A DNA stretch of 64,000 nucleotides from Antedon mediterranea (taxonomy: Eukaryota; Animalia; Echinodermata): positions 17,732,001-17,796,000 of the forward strand of contig NC_092674.1 of assembly GCF_964355755.1 (NCBI RefSeq), given 5' to 3'. The notes under the pieces are model-generated. The model made no database searches and was not told the DNA's origin. It was given only the letters and a program-made list of their open reading frames with translations. Positions 12,167 to 24,840 of this stretch are shown in pieces. Position 1 is the stretch's first letter; every line of letters begins with the position of its first letter. A program made the position numbers and the translations under genes.

Positions 12167-14981
12167 TTGAAATCTCTTTACACAAATGCAGATGCCCTGA
12201 GAAATAAAATAGGTGAGTTACGTGATATTACAAATCAAAGGAAACCTGATGTGGTTGCAATAACAGAAGTAAATAACAAAACTTGTAAAGACATATTGGA
12301 AGTTGAGTTAAGCATCAAGGGATATACAAAATTTGATTCTGGCAGAAGTGGTAGAGGTATGGTTATTTTTGCGAAGAAAGAACTGAATGCCAGTATCTGT
12401 AGCGAGTTACTGTACTTAAATTTTGTGGAAGCACTATGGATCAAAATTGAAACAAATAAAAGGCAACAACTATTATGCGGATGTATTTACAGAAGTCCTA
12501 ACAGTATTGACGAAAATAATCAAGTGTTACTATCTGCTATCAACAAAACAAGTGAACTATATGGTATTTGTGATTTCATCATGATAGGAGATTTCAATTT
12601 TCCTGAAATTGATTGGATTTCTTGGAGTACAAATAAAAATGAAACACATAAAAGTAATCGGTTTATAGAATGACTCAGAGATAATTTTCTATGCCAGTGT
12701 ATACAGCAACCAACACGATTTCGAGATGGTCAAACACCTAACATACTCAACTTAGTAATCACCATGGATGAAACCAAAATAAGTGACATTGAGTTAGGTC
12801 CACCATTAGGAAAAAGCGACCACGTAAAAATCTTGTTTTCATATGACTGTGTAACTAAAATACAAGAGAAAATGGAATACAAGCTAAATTTCAACAAGGG
12901 TGACTATATTAAAATGAAAGAATTGATTACTGAGGTGGAATACCAATTTGAAAATACAAATGTCGAAGAGGCCTGTGAAGCTTTAAATCAATCAATAAGA
13001 AATGCTGTTCAGATCTGTATTCCCAAGTCAAACATAAAAAAAGAAAATAAACCTATCTGGATGACTGGTGACGTTCAGAGGAAAATTAAAATGAAACACA
13101 ATGCATGGAAAAAGTTTACAAGGTCTCGACAACAGAAAGATTATGACAGTTAAAAAAAGGCAGGAAATATAGTAACAGGTGAAAAAAGGGCAGCAAAGAT
13201 TGCACTTGAGCGGAAAATATGCAATGAAGTAAAAACTAATCCTAAAAGTTTCTGGAAATATGTAAGAGAGAAAACCAAAACAACTCAATCTATTGGATTG
13301 ATGAAGGATGGAAAGGGTAATATGGCTGATGACAATCAGCATAAAGCTGAAATTTTCAACGCATTTTTCACAAGTGTATTCACAAATGAAGACCTCGAGT
13401 CATTGCCAGAAGTTACACCAAGAGTTGACGTGGATGACCATTTGGATTCAATTGAATTGACAAAGGAGGAAGTGCTTTGCCTTCAGCAGATGAACTCAAA
13501 TAAATCAGCTGGACCAGATGATGTGCATCCAAGAGTACTGAAGGAACTTAAAGAAATTGTTGCAACTCCATTGACGTCAATATACAACAAATCACTATCG
13601 ACTGGGCAGTTACCGGAGTGCTGGAAATGTGCCAATATAGTGCCAATTTTTAAGAAAGGGGACAAGATGGATGTTGGAAACTACAGGCCAGTAAGTTTGA
13701 CATCATATCATCATATGCAAACTTTTGGAATCAATTGTCAGAGACAAAATTATACAGTTTCTAAATGATAGAAACCTTATTATAAAAGCACAGCATGAGT
13801 TTCGGAAAGGTAGATCTTGCGTCACACAATTGCTGGAAGTGATGGAAGAATGAACAAAATTGCTGGATGCAGGGGAAAACTTTGATGCTGTATATTTGGA
13901 TTTTAGTAAGGCGTTCGATTCTATTCCCCACCAGAGATTAATAACAAAATTGGAAGCGTACGGAATAAAAGGAAACCTACTGAGATGGATACATCAATTT
14001 TTGACGGGGAGGAGACAAAGAGTTAGAGTGGCCGCAGCATTTTCTGAATGGTCTACGGTTAAAAGCGGAGTCCCTCAAGGCAGCGTGTTAGGCCCTTTAT
14101 TTATAATTTTCATAAACGACCTACCTGATGCAGTTAAATCTAAAGTATGGATGTTTGCAGATGACACTAAGATGTTTAATGTTGTGCATGAAAACAGTAA
14201 TGATACAGTTCAAAATGATCTCAAGGCATTATCCGATTGGTCTAAAAGATGGCAGCTGAAATTCAACATCAATAAATGTAAAGTAATACATTATGGAAAT
14301 TCAAATCCACAAATGCAATTCACTATGCCAACAGAGGAAGGTGACGAGGATCTGCCAAATGCCAATACTGAAAAGGACCTTGGAGTTACTTTTGATCAGT
14401 CTTTAAAATTTTCACTACAAACGAATGAAGCTGTAAATAAAGCAAATAGACTCATTGGACTGGTAAGGCGATCTATTGCTCACATGGATAAGGATATGTT
14501 TCTGCCCCTTTCTAAAAGTATAATTCGACCTCATCTGGAATACGCAAGCTGTATATGGTACCCTCTCCTAAAAGGTGATTTGGATAAGCTTGAAAGAGTG
14601 CAGCGTAGGGCCACTAAAATTATCAAAAGGTTACGAGATAAATCTTACGATCATAGATTAAAAGAGCTTGGATTACCTACACTGAATTACAGAAGGAGAG
14701 CGGACATTATACAAGTGTTTAAAATTATTAAGGGCTTGGATGATATTGAAGCCGAAACCTTTTTTGATTTTAGAGAGGACAGTAGAACAAGGGGCCATCA
14801 ATTCAAATTAAGAAAGCCAAGAGCCCGACTGAAAATCAGAAGCCACTCCTTTTCAAGTAGAATCGTCAACACATGGAACAATCTATACCACACTACAGTA
14901 CAAGCAGAAAAAATTAATGCATTCAAGGATCAACTAAACAAAGACAGAGCAATGGGAGATAAATTTTGCTACCAATTCTAG
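12167..14981 (+). pseudogene. CR1 ORF2 (AP endonuclease + reverse transcriptase) with several stops and frameshifts
   Basis: ORFs at 12167, 12764, 13298 and 13860 form colinear APE, linker and RT segments. Confidence 0.93.
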
Positions 14982-15063
14982 ATAAATACAGAAGAAATGG
15001 AGGGCGTTTAAAATGCATTTGCCTTAATCATGAGCCCGAAGATTCAAGTAAGATTCAAGTAAG

Positions 15064-15215
15064 AAGTTTATTAATTATTTAGTTATGTTCTATTAGGTCG
15101 AACGCCTTTTTATAATCTAGGAGTAAGACTCTAGATTCCTTTCCTTTATCTGTGTCATTAAACCACTGCGACATAGTGGCTACGAGGGCATCAACTGTAG
15201 CCAAATTGGGATGTA
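15064..15215 (-). pseudogene. L2 RT fragment (upstream part of the 6063-7739 element)
   Basis: The minus strand reads TVDALVATMSQWFNDTDKGKESRVLLLDYKKAFDLIEHN*IINKLL, which joins RMNVNEFLFRW at 7738. Confidence 0.8.
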
Positions 15216-15374
15216 TTTGTCGTGGTTCGGGAATCCTTAATATTGATTTGCTAGGTTTAGACCATTAAGGTTTGGTTTGTGAAGCCATGTATCCCATGCA
15301 ACAAAACAATACGCAAGATGAGGCTGTATTTACTCTGTATCATTTATTTTTTCTAATCAGGAACAAACCCTTGA

Positions 15375-17300
15375 TCCAATACACCAATTTCATACGACGC
15401 TTTAGAAGTTGTATAGTCCGTTGAACTCCTTGATGAGCCCATTTATCATGACATAAATCTATAAAAAGATTGCGCAAATTAGTAGGCACTAACAATTGAT
15501 GAATTTTACCATGGATATCCTCATTGATCTCTCTATACAGAACTCCAGAAATCTCTCTATAACTTGTCCACTGTCTCAACCAGCCCAACATTCTAGAATT
15601 ACTGTATCTGTATTGTACTAGCGGTCACCAGGACACCATTTTTCCATCCATAATTTCCAGATTTCTCCCAATTCCCTATCTTTCTTCTGACATTCTGCCA
15701 ACTGCTCATGAGAGTAAGAAGGAAAAATAGACAATGCCTTGTTAATATTACGTGATGATTGATCAATTTCAATATATGGTTTACACTTATTAATTGAGGG
15801 ATGAGAATCAACATTTAATATTAAGACATGAAGCGATAACTCCTCGATCTGAATTAAAATCCGTACACACGCTAATCGTACGACGACTTAAAGTATCGGC
15901 ACATTTGTTGCTAGAACCTGGCTTATATTTGATTTCAATACGAACATAGCTAACTGAGAGACCCATCTCATTTCTGTAGCGCCAAGCTTTGCAGTTTTTA
16001 AATGCGCTAAAGGATTATGATCAGTAAAAATGGTAACCTTTGAACCCTGAATGTAAGAAGCAAATTTATCCACCACTGCCCATTTTAGCCCCAACAACTC
16101 TAACTTAAAACTCGATAAATCAGGGTATCGGCATTCAGCACCACGAAGACTTCTACTTGCATAAGCAATTGGATGAAGAGAACCATTAGACTCCTGCAAC
16201 AAGCAAGCACCTAAACCTTTCAAACTGGCATCTACTTCAATAACAAATGGTTCATCAAATTTGGGATATACAAGAACTGGGGGTTTAGTTAAAGCATTTT
16301 TTAATTCAACAAATGCAGCTTCTTCAATTTCAGTCCAACGAAACCTGTGGGCCTTCCCCGCTTGTGTGTCAGACAACCGGGTTACCAAATGCAAGGGCGC
16401 AGCAATTACAAATAAACTTTCGATAGTATGAAGAGTCCCAGAAATGATTTAAGTTCAGTAATGTTTTTGGCGTTGGCCAGGTCAGTATCTTTTCTATTTT
16501 CCCATAGTCTACAGCAACTCCAGCAGATGAAATAACATGACCCAAATAGGTTACCTCCGTCTTAAAGAAATCACACTTCTTGCCCTTAACCTTTAACCCA
16601 TACTTATACAATCTAGACAACACATTTTCTAATCTAGATAAATGTTGTTTAAACGAAGAAGAAAATATCAAAATGTCATCTGAGTCAAATTCATGTCGCC
16701 TAATACATATTCCATTACACGTTGAAATGTTCCCGGGCTATTAGACAGACCCTGCGGCATACGAACAAATTCATACAGTCCCCAAGGAACCCTAAATGCA
16801 GTTTTATTAATAGATTCGTCTGCCATTATAATTTGGAAAAATCCATGAGATAAATCTAAGGTAGAAAAATAACAAGACCCAGTGAGTACTTCTAAAACCT
16901 CATCAATGCGTGGTAGGGGAAATGAATCTTTCAACGTTTGGAAATTCAACTTCCTATAATCAACGCACATGCGCAAAGACCCGTCTTTCTTTTTGACCAA
17001 CACAATGGGACTTACAAAATCGCTCTTGGACGGCCTAATTATTCCTTGGTCTAACATTTCTTGTAACATAGACTTAACACTTGATATCGAATGAGGAGGA
17101 ATACGACTATATGGTAGTCTAATTGGAGTTTCATCTTTTAAATTGATAACATGAGGAATAACATCACACTTTCCAACATCAAAAGCACTATGAGAAAAAA
17201 CATGATTATATTTAGACAATAGGTTAGTCACTAGTTGAGTTTCCACACAATCAAGGTTACCGTTGATAATTACCCCAGGCGGTAACTGTATTAAATAGCT
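15375..17300 (-). pseudogene. Ty3/Gypsy pol relic (RT, RNase H, start of integrase zinc finger)
   Basis: SPIVLVKKKDGSLRMCVDYRKLN, MPQGL, VDASLKGLGACL, TDHNPL and CHDKWAHQG; frameshifted; no flanking LTRs identified. Confidence 0.93.
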
Positions 17301-17304
17301 GGGA

Positions 17305-17640
17305 AACTTCTGGTAATATTGTTTTTTCAATATTTTAGTAGCTCTGTTGACTGCATTTCGAAGAACATTATATGATTCCATGTCATCTTGTTTCAAGCAC
17401 TCCACTGAAAAATCATATTGATGCAGCTCATGCCATCTAATGCTGCTTAGTTCTTCCGCAAAACGCAGCTTGGCTACTTTGTTGACTAAACGTTTAGAAA
17501 AGATTAGTTTCACAGGGGGATCAGTAGCTATAACTACTGACAGACCAAGCGCAGGTTCTATATAAGGAACATTAAATTAGTTGCCAATGTTTGAGTATAT
17601 TAGGTCTAAAGTAGCCTGAGCTCGAGTGTAATTTTATTGT
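17305..17640 (-). pseudogene. L2 APE-end/linker fragment
   Basis: The minus strand reads TRAQATLDLIYSN..PALGLS and YNVLRNAVNRATKILKKQYY. Confidence 0.65.
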
Positions 17641-17944
17641 TTAATGAAATAAAATTTTTATTCGGTTAAAATGGATGTGTTAAAAGCAGTATTAGAATGC
17701 AAGGCTCCTAGCTAGGAGGAGGGCTAGGCCTATGCTGCATCACCAGATCCAAGCGATTCAGACTTCAGAAGGGCCCCGCGCCACTAGACAGTAGAGGGAG
17801 AGAGATATACTACCGATCATCGACGTCTTCGCTCAAGAGTGCGTAACTAAAAAAACGGCTATGTCGACTGTTTATGATTTTATGCTCTAGCAAATACAGG
17901 ACATTTGTCGTCCTCCCCTAACCATCATGTTTCGTAAAGTCCCT

Positions 17945-18655
17945 TGTCACATGCACGGCTCAATAACACATGTACAGAAAGAAGTAAGAACTGGAGTTAC
18001 AATATATACAATTTATTTACACAACGATAACCAAATAAAATAACATAAAAAATATTAGAGATTGGACAATTTAGGAGGTGGTGAAAATTAAAGAACAAAG
18101 ATATAGTCTTACCCAGAATTGCACTATAAGAAGCCAAGTAACATCCACAAATAAGGATGGAGTGAATCTTTGGGTGTAGCTGCTACTGTATTTAAAGGGG
18201 GTAGTTAACTGATCCAATTAGAATACACTGGGTAACACAATTTAAAAATAGAAAGTGGTCTGATAATTATGTTTATGGTAAACATGGTCATCAATATGTC
18301 AGATTGATGACCAAGGAGGGTAGATTCGGACATACCAAAAATAGTTAATTAAAGTCCTAGGTAACTAGACAAGGGAGTAATTATATTCCACAGCAAAAGT
18401 GCACACAGCAATATTTTCATAAACAAGCTAGTACAGTAAACAGCTGTGTTTAAAAACTTTCTGTGGAAAACGCCCTTTAAGACTATATACATAACTAGGG
18501 GTAAAGTAAAATAAAATTAAGAAAAGCATGTTTATCATAACAAATTAAGTGAATACAATATGTCGCATCAATTTAATGTGCTTGAGACCAGGCATCTGCA
18601 AAGACATTATCCTTGCCTTTTATGAAGTGAAAGTCCAAATTATACTCCTGTAACA
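17945..18655 (-). mobile_element. Possible solo LTR
   Basis: TGTCACA...TGTAACA termini, with minus-strand TATA-like and AATAAA motifs in LTR order. No TSD. Confidence 0.35.
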
Positions 18656-19399
18656 TAGAATTCTCTGATTTTTGAATTTATTTTCTTAATTAAGGTGAGT
18701 GAGTTATTGTTCGTATGTACACTGATAGGAAATTGGTGAATTCTACTAAAAATAGCATAATTGTGTTATTATAAATATGTGGATGGACGTTTATTAGATA
18801 GTTGGGTTGGGTGGGGGGGGTTATTATTCAAAGTGATGTTTTATTGGAGAGGCGTTTATTAAAATGAATACGTACCATCCTAATAATTATTAATACATTA
18901 TTCAATTTAATCATCTTTTGAAACTAACTGCCGTGACAGAGTGGGCCCAAGAAAGAAGACATTACGGCTTGCAACATGGGCAGACCTCTCGGTCTTAACG
19001 GGACACAGGAAGATAGCCTACAGTTATTCCTGCAAGCTTACTCAATAAAACTCAGCTATCGGGATTTCACTCGAAAAATGTCTTATCATCAAATCTCCCT
19101 ATGTAATTTTATAATATTATTCCCCACAATATTCTGATTCTTTATGGCGTATATTTAATTTGATCTTTATTAATTTGCAGTATAATTTCTATTATTTAAC
19201 TACTGTACCTTCACACACGCGCCGCGGTATGTTTTAAAATAAACAAAAAACTGAAATGGCTATGACTAATGGCCAACTTAAGCATAGTTAAGCTTAGTTA
19301 CATTTTTTTTTTCACATTATTGATTGTCTCCATCCCCGAAACCTCGACTAAGAAATACTGGAATGGTGTCCGGCGGGGGATAGTTTATTACCATTAGTT

Positions 19400-19474
19400 A
19401 AGGTCCTTGTAAAGCACCTAGAGGGGTCAGTGATCCATTAGGCGCTATATAAATACTGTTTATTATTATTATTA
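19400..19474 (+). repeat. SINE/L2-type 3' tail
   Basis: tgtaaagcacctagag...gcgctatataaat...(tta)n pattern. Confidence 0.55.
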
Positions 19475-20234
19475 AGCTCCAGTCCTACTATCTGATTTTT
19501 TTTTCTTCTTCTAAAGGGACACTGTATTGATTGATGGAAAGTGCCTGTTTCCAGTCACCTTTGGGGTCAAATCTATTATTTTAACTGCTCCCTTGTGTAT
19601 ATTAAAAGAGAGAAAATATTTGAAACCAGGTTGTTGCAAGGTGAACTTATCTTAAACCCGGAAATTACTTTGACCGGGAAGAATTGAAATTGAGATGAAA
19701 ATCTAATGTTGAAATCATGAATTTTGTTAAAAAACTCTTTATAATATCTTCCTAAGATAGAAATATGGTACAATAGCGTCGATGTGAACACTAATGTTAT
19801 CAAATCTACGTTTCGCGGTACATCTCAGATAGATAAGGTAGGCGGAGATTTGTACCGAAGTTTTTGCATTGTGCTCGCCTATGTCAGAATTAACCATAAT
19901 TTATATATAGATATCCCCCCATTCCAAGAAACTGCATCAGTTGTCGTTTATTCTCTGGGACAGGAAATTCGTTGATTGATCGGATCTTGGCGTCAATTGG
20001 TCGGACTTGTCCACTCTCAACTGTATGACCCAGCAGGCCCGTATGCACCATTTATAACGGGGGTGGGGGGGGGGGGTGCGAGCGAAGCGATCAACAATGG
20101 CTGGGGGCCATACCGGACAGGGTCCAGGGGCCGAAGTCCCGGCAAAATTTGCGTTATTTGACGTTCTAAAGACTGATTTAAGACTCTTTGTTGTAGCTTT
20201 GTTTGTATACCATTTGATAATGTAAATTTTGTAT

Positions 20235-21660
20235 ACTAGATGGTACGCTCGCTTCGCTCGCGTACCATCTAGGTCGTGCCCACAGATGGTTCTCGAATAC
20301 ATAATAATTTCAGCGTTAAAAAACTGGCGATTTCAAATGTACGTACCGCAGGACAATAATACATGTCGTTTACAGGAACGAATAAATAGACACTGTGATT
20401 TATGTACTCAACTAAAATTAGCACCCTGGGAATTACTTCCGAAAGAGAAACTTGTCACAAAATGAGACCAATTGTTTAAGTCAAATTTAAACAAACTTAA
20501 TTTGTGTTTTGTATGTAACATTGGTTGAGGGATGGGGAAGAGGATGGGTGCAAAGAGGAACAATTTAAAAAAATATTCTTTATCCATTTAGTAACGAAAT
20601 ATTAATTGCTTTCATGTTTTACAAATAATATACCACTAAACACAGTAAAACATTGCGATGTAATACTTTGTTGAAACTATCACCGTCCTAGTCGATTGAA
20701 ATAGTACAGTACATGTAACGATACATCACTACGACGTGTATATGTTTATATAATGTAAAACAATTTGTGAAAACCACCTCAATTCGGGGAAAATCATAAA
20801 TTCGATTTAATCTTCAATACATATTAAATTATCTAACTCAACTTAATTAGTAAACCTAATGGTTTTCAATTGTTTCTTAGAGCCAATTCATACTTAAGTT
20901 GGTTCCTACCCTACCCACCAAAGTTGTTCTGCGTTTAGGGCATGTGATGTACCGTAGGCCTATTCTCTACTGGTTTTACAACGCTACTCATGCCAGTGAG
21001 GGAAGGGTGATGATGTGGGTGGTTTAACTGCAATAAGAAAGATATTTACATAATATACGGCGAGTGAAAACGCTAGCTCATTATCCGTTTAAAAAAAAAT
21101 TATATCCAACCGCTGCAGCACAGATTGAAAACAAAAATGGATCGAATTTCGAGTATACAGTAAACTGTACTTGCCTTAACGACGCCTGAGGGAATAGACA
21201 CTTGTGGAACAGAGATTGGAATGTTCCATTCATCGCAAATCAATATATTTGTATAAACGTATATTAAATCTATCAAAATAGTATTTTTTAAAGAAAATCG
21301 ACCTGTCTTCAACATTATGATGCTGTACTCGAGCTGTTCAACCGGTTTTCAGCCATTAAAAACAATTATCGTAGGAGGAGATAGGAAAATGCGAAGCATC
21401 CTTGTATATTGTCTGCGGGTATTTTTCAAGACGGACATCCATTAGACAGTGTATACCACGATCGAAAAACACCCCTATTTGGGGCAAATCGTTGAACCTA
21501 AATTTGTTGTAATCGTCAATAACTAATTATCGAACTCAATTTAATTAGTAAACAGGGTTACATGAGGTGGTTAAAATCAGTACCGAAAGTACGAACCAAC
21601 TTTATATACCATAGAGTAAACATTCTAGAAATAACGCGCGATTTACCGAATTTTGCCCTT
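20235..21660 (-). mobile_element. Helitron-like non-autonomous repeat
   Basis: Terminal hairpin ctagatggtacgc-tcgcttcgctc-gcgtaccatctag, ending CTAGT on the minus strand; a second copy lies at 370-4335. Confidence 0.6.
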
Positions 21661-21685
21661 ACGTAAATTTATATATAGATATATA

Positions 21686-22352
21686 CCGTACTGACGCGGG
21701 TATAAGCCCACCCCCCTCGAACGTGAAATCACGTCAAGTTTGGGGGGTGGGCTTATACCCGAGGATCCAAAAATGCAGATCGTCAAAAACAGCACATGTA
21801 CACTGTGTATTCCACCATGCGAGCGAGCGCCCTCACGTGTACGACGTTGCCTCTAAATACACGAGGTGTAGAGTGTCGGAAAATTAAGCTTATAGTTCGT
21901 GTAATTTATCGTATAATATCTTATTTTAAACATCAATTTAACAAGAATTTATCAAGCAGAAAAGCAAGTATACAATGTTCGTTAAATAGAAATGTACCAA
22001 AGAAATTTAATAAGCTTGTTTATGGCAGCCGATACCAAATAGTGGTTTTCCGTTTTGGCGACTTGTAGCGTCGTGTGTGAAGCGATCTTCGACCGCGATG
22101 GAGTGTAAACAAAACAGGACCGCTAGGCCTCATATGGCCTAGCGTATATTAGCCTAGCTTGGTTATGATCAAAGGTAGGTGTATTCTGTGTATGGACGTC
22201 GCCAAATACAAAATAATGTATTACGACACACACTGTAGATCTTCGAATTAATGGGTGGGCTTATACCCGAGCGCCTCATTTTTCATGAAAATTAGTCAAA
22301 AGTCGGGGGTGGGCTTAGACCCGAGTATGGGCTTATACCCGCGTCAGTACGG
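21686..22352. mobile_element. Tc2/pogo-like MITE, family 2
   Basis: TIR CCGTACTGACGCGGGTATAAGCCCA, TA on both sides, internal gtgggcttatacccg repeats. Confidence 0.9.
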
Positions 22353-22470
22353 TAATGATATTATCTTTAGTTAAACAAGACAAGAAAAAATACCAACCAA
22401 GGAAATAGTGGACCTTTTGGGACTTGGGGGGGTGCGTCTGCACCCAACGCACCCCCCTGGATACGGGCCT

Positions 22471-22960
22471 GCCCAGATAGTTAACTGTTCCATGGCCAAA
22501 TTCGCATTTTATCAAGTTGACAGTTATGAGTTAGTCATTCAAATAAAGTTCTCAAAATGTTTAGGTGTGCACTCCATGAACTAACTGTAGATGATCAAAT
22601 CATCAATATAAACGTCAATATCTAGTTCATTAATTTTATGTTGAAGTCATGGTGGAGCATTCTTCATTCCGAAGGGCATGCTTTTATACTGGTATAAACT
22701 AGTGCTCGTGGCAAATGCAGATATACGTTTTGCTCTCTCAGTCAGGGGAATTTGCCAGTACCCCTTAAGTAAGTCTAGCTTGCTTTATACATATTTAGCG
22801 TTACCGATACAGAATCGATAAGTCTTATCCGCTTTTGGTACGAGCAGACAAGGAGAACTCCAGTCACTGTTGGTGTGTTCGATGTTGCCATTTTTCAACA
22901 TATAGTCCACTTCTGCTTGCATCACTTTCTCTTTAATGGTAAACTCCATTAATTTCACCA
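22471..22960 (-). pseudogene. Gypsy RT relic
   Basis: WSSPCLLVPKADKTYRFC, LDLLKGYWQIPL, MPFGMKNAP, YIDD and KCEFG..VNYLG. Confidence 0.85.
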
Positions 22961-23865
22961 GGAACATCAGAAATGAATTAAAATGTTATTTTAAGCAAAA
23001 TATTTCCTTTTATTCTTTTACAACTATCGGCCATTAATTCCCGAATAATTATAATTGTAACTTTAGTGATGGAAAAGCGTCTGATAATAGTTTGTTATTA
23101 AATTCATTTGATATCTATAATGCTGTTACAATAATAACAGTAATAATTATAATAATGAAAATAATTATAATAATAATAATAATTAAAATAAAATGTCTAA
23201 GTGGAATTATTGTATTGATATTTGTACTTTTTAATCTTTCTCGTTGTAATGGATGATTATGTTTTGCTTTGGAGACCCACTTGATAGTTTGATTCAGTTT
23301 GCTTTTGGGAATCCTGTCTCTCTCTATTGTTTGTTTGTTTTTATATCTGAGACAAAATAAATGAAATGAAATGAACAAATGCTTATTCTCAAGAATGTAC
23401 AATTTTAAAATGCAAAAAATTAATTTCTAATCAACTTTCTTTCTACATATTTCAGGAAATTTGAGCATTTTAACATTTTTAATAAGTAAATAGCACATCT
23501 TGATTCTAAGTATCTGAATTTCTTCAACATTTTAATATGTTGGTCAGACAATTATTATATGTTTCATTTTGATGATGTCGTCATGTTAAAAATTAGAATA
23601 AAAGGTGGGTCCCGTAATTTCACCTATGCTACGCTGTATGTACAAAACAAACTGTTAAATTCAACCAAAAGCACAATACCTGCCAGTTTTACTATTTTTT
23701 TCAGGTAAATAATTCTTTTTTTCATCCAAATTTGGTCAAAGTAAAAACTAGTATGAAACATCAATACAATATATCTTTAAATGGTTTATCAAGTGGAGTA
23801 TCAATCAACATACAAAGCAAGCATTTAAAATAATTTAAAGTTTATCTTTATATCTCATAATTTAG

Positions 23866-23926
23866 GTCATTTATAGGCAAAGTAATCCAATATGCAATAG
23901 TTCCTGATGATATTAATCAAATACAG
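23866..23926 (+). CDS. GPHN: Gephyrin G-domain exon (SFIGKVIQYAIVPDDINQIQ)
   Basis: tttAG acceptor at 23864-65 and GTattt donor at 23927. The 61-nt exon starts in phase 2 and ends in phase 0. It resembles the gephyrin/MogA segment ...IVPDE.EEI. and joins the next exon in frame. Confidence 0.85.
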
Positions 23927-24359
23927 GTATTTCATGTTTCTTTAATCAAAAGGTAGACAATATGTAGGATAGGCCTACCATGTATATCTTATAGGCCTGT
24001 GCATATTTTAATTCCTGATTTTTATACAATTGTACAATACAGTAATATGAAGATTCATGTGATGTAAGAAATAAGCTTAGATGAAAAGCCAATGTTCCAT
24101 TGGAAATAAGTTCATCAGGACTTTCATGAGCAGCGTTACAGTAGTCCTTTTCAGCTAATTGTTATTTTTTACATTCTAATGTTTTTTGGTATTTTATTTA
24201 TTTTTTTAATTTTATAAATATCCATTATGTTTATATGTATTTTGGTTTTTTTTGTAATTGTATATAAATACCAATTATTTTTTAATGAGATGCAAATGAT
24301 TCAAATAATTGATTGAAATGCTCTAAACAAGTTTTTGAATCTATTTGATTTCTTTTCAG

Positions 24360-24449
24360 GAAACATTAATAACTTGGAGCTCTGAAGATATTAATGTAAT
24401 TTTAACGACTGGAGGAACTGGATTCACTGACCGAGATGTAACACCTGAA
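24360..24449 (+). CDS. GPHN: Gephyrin G-domain exon ([30 protein letters not shown])
   Basis: tcttttcAG acceptor and GTAAGT donor; 90 nt. Contains the MogA/MoaB/gephyrin signature TTGGTG..RDVTPE. Confidence 0.96.
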
Positions 24450-24840
24450 GTAAGTAGAAAATACAATTAATAATAAGAATAATAGTAACTAAAGATACTA
24501 TGTTGAGATAGAACATAACCCCAGTCACAGGAATTTTATAATATGACAACATACGTTTTTAACACTGCATGAATTTTATTATTGACCATTGTTTTATTGA
24601 AATTAGCCTACTCCTTACGATTGTATTGTCCCCCCTGAAAAACAATTTTTAACTTTTTTTTTTGTTGAATATGCCATTTTAATGTCACATAATAGTTATC
24701 CACTTTGACCAAAATTACCTTCAGTATCATAGTACTGATATCACTGGTTGATCACATAAACAAACTTTGATGTACAAAAGTAAAAACAATATAAGTAAAG
24801 TAAAATACAACAAAGAGAAAAGTAAAAATAAAATGGATAA

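Larger units (their letters stand above)
7740..15063 (+). mobile_element. Near full-length decayed CR1 LINE (5'UTR, PHD-containing ORF1, APE-RT ORF2, short tandem-repeat tail)
   Basis: ORF1 PHD finger at 10882-11241 and C-terminal part at 11535-11900; APE at 12167-12760 (YTNA, YRSP, GDFN); RT at 13298-14981 (YLDFSKAFD, FADD, RTRGH); tail (aagattcaagt)2. The 5'UTR is split by the 7846-10730 element. Confidence 0.9.

Noticed and set aside
16668-17513. 281-aa ORF as a single protein
   Set aside because: Its first ~70 aa are an internally deleted L2 linker fragment abutting Gypsy pol. Both parts are decayed, so this looks like a chance in-frame junction.
19517-19630. Candidate exon after a strong pyrimidine tract and AG
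   Set aside because: Weak donor and no recognisable gephyrin or other protein similarity.
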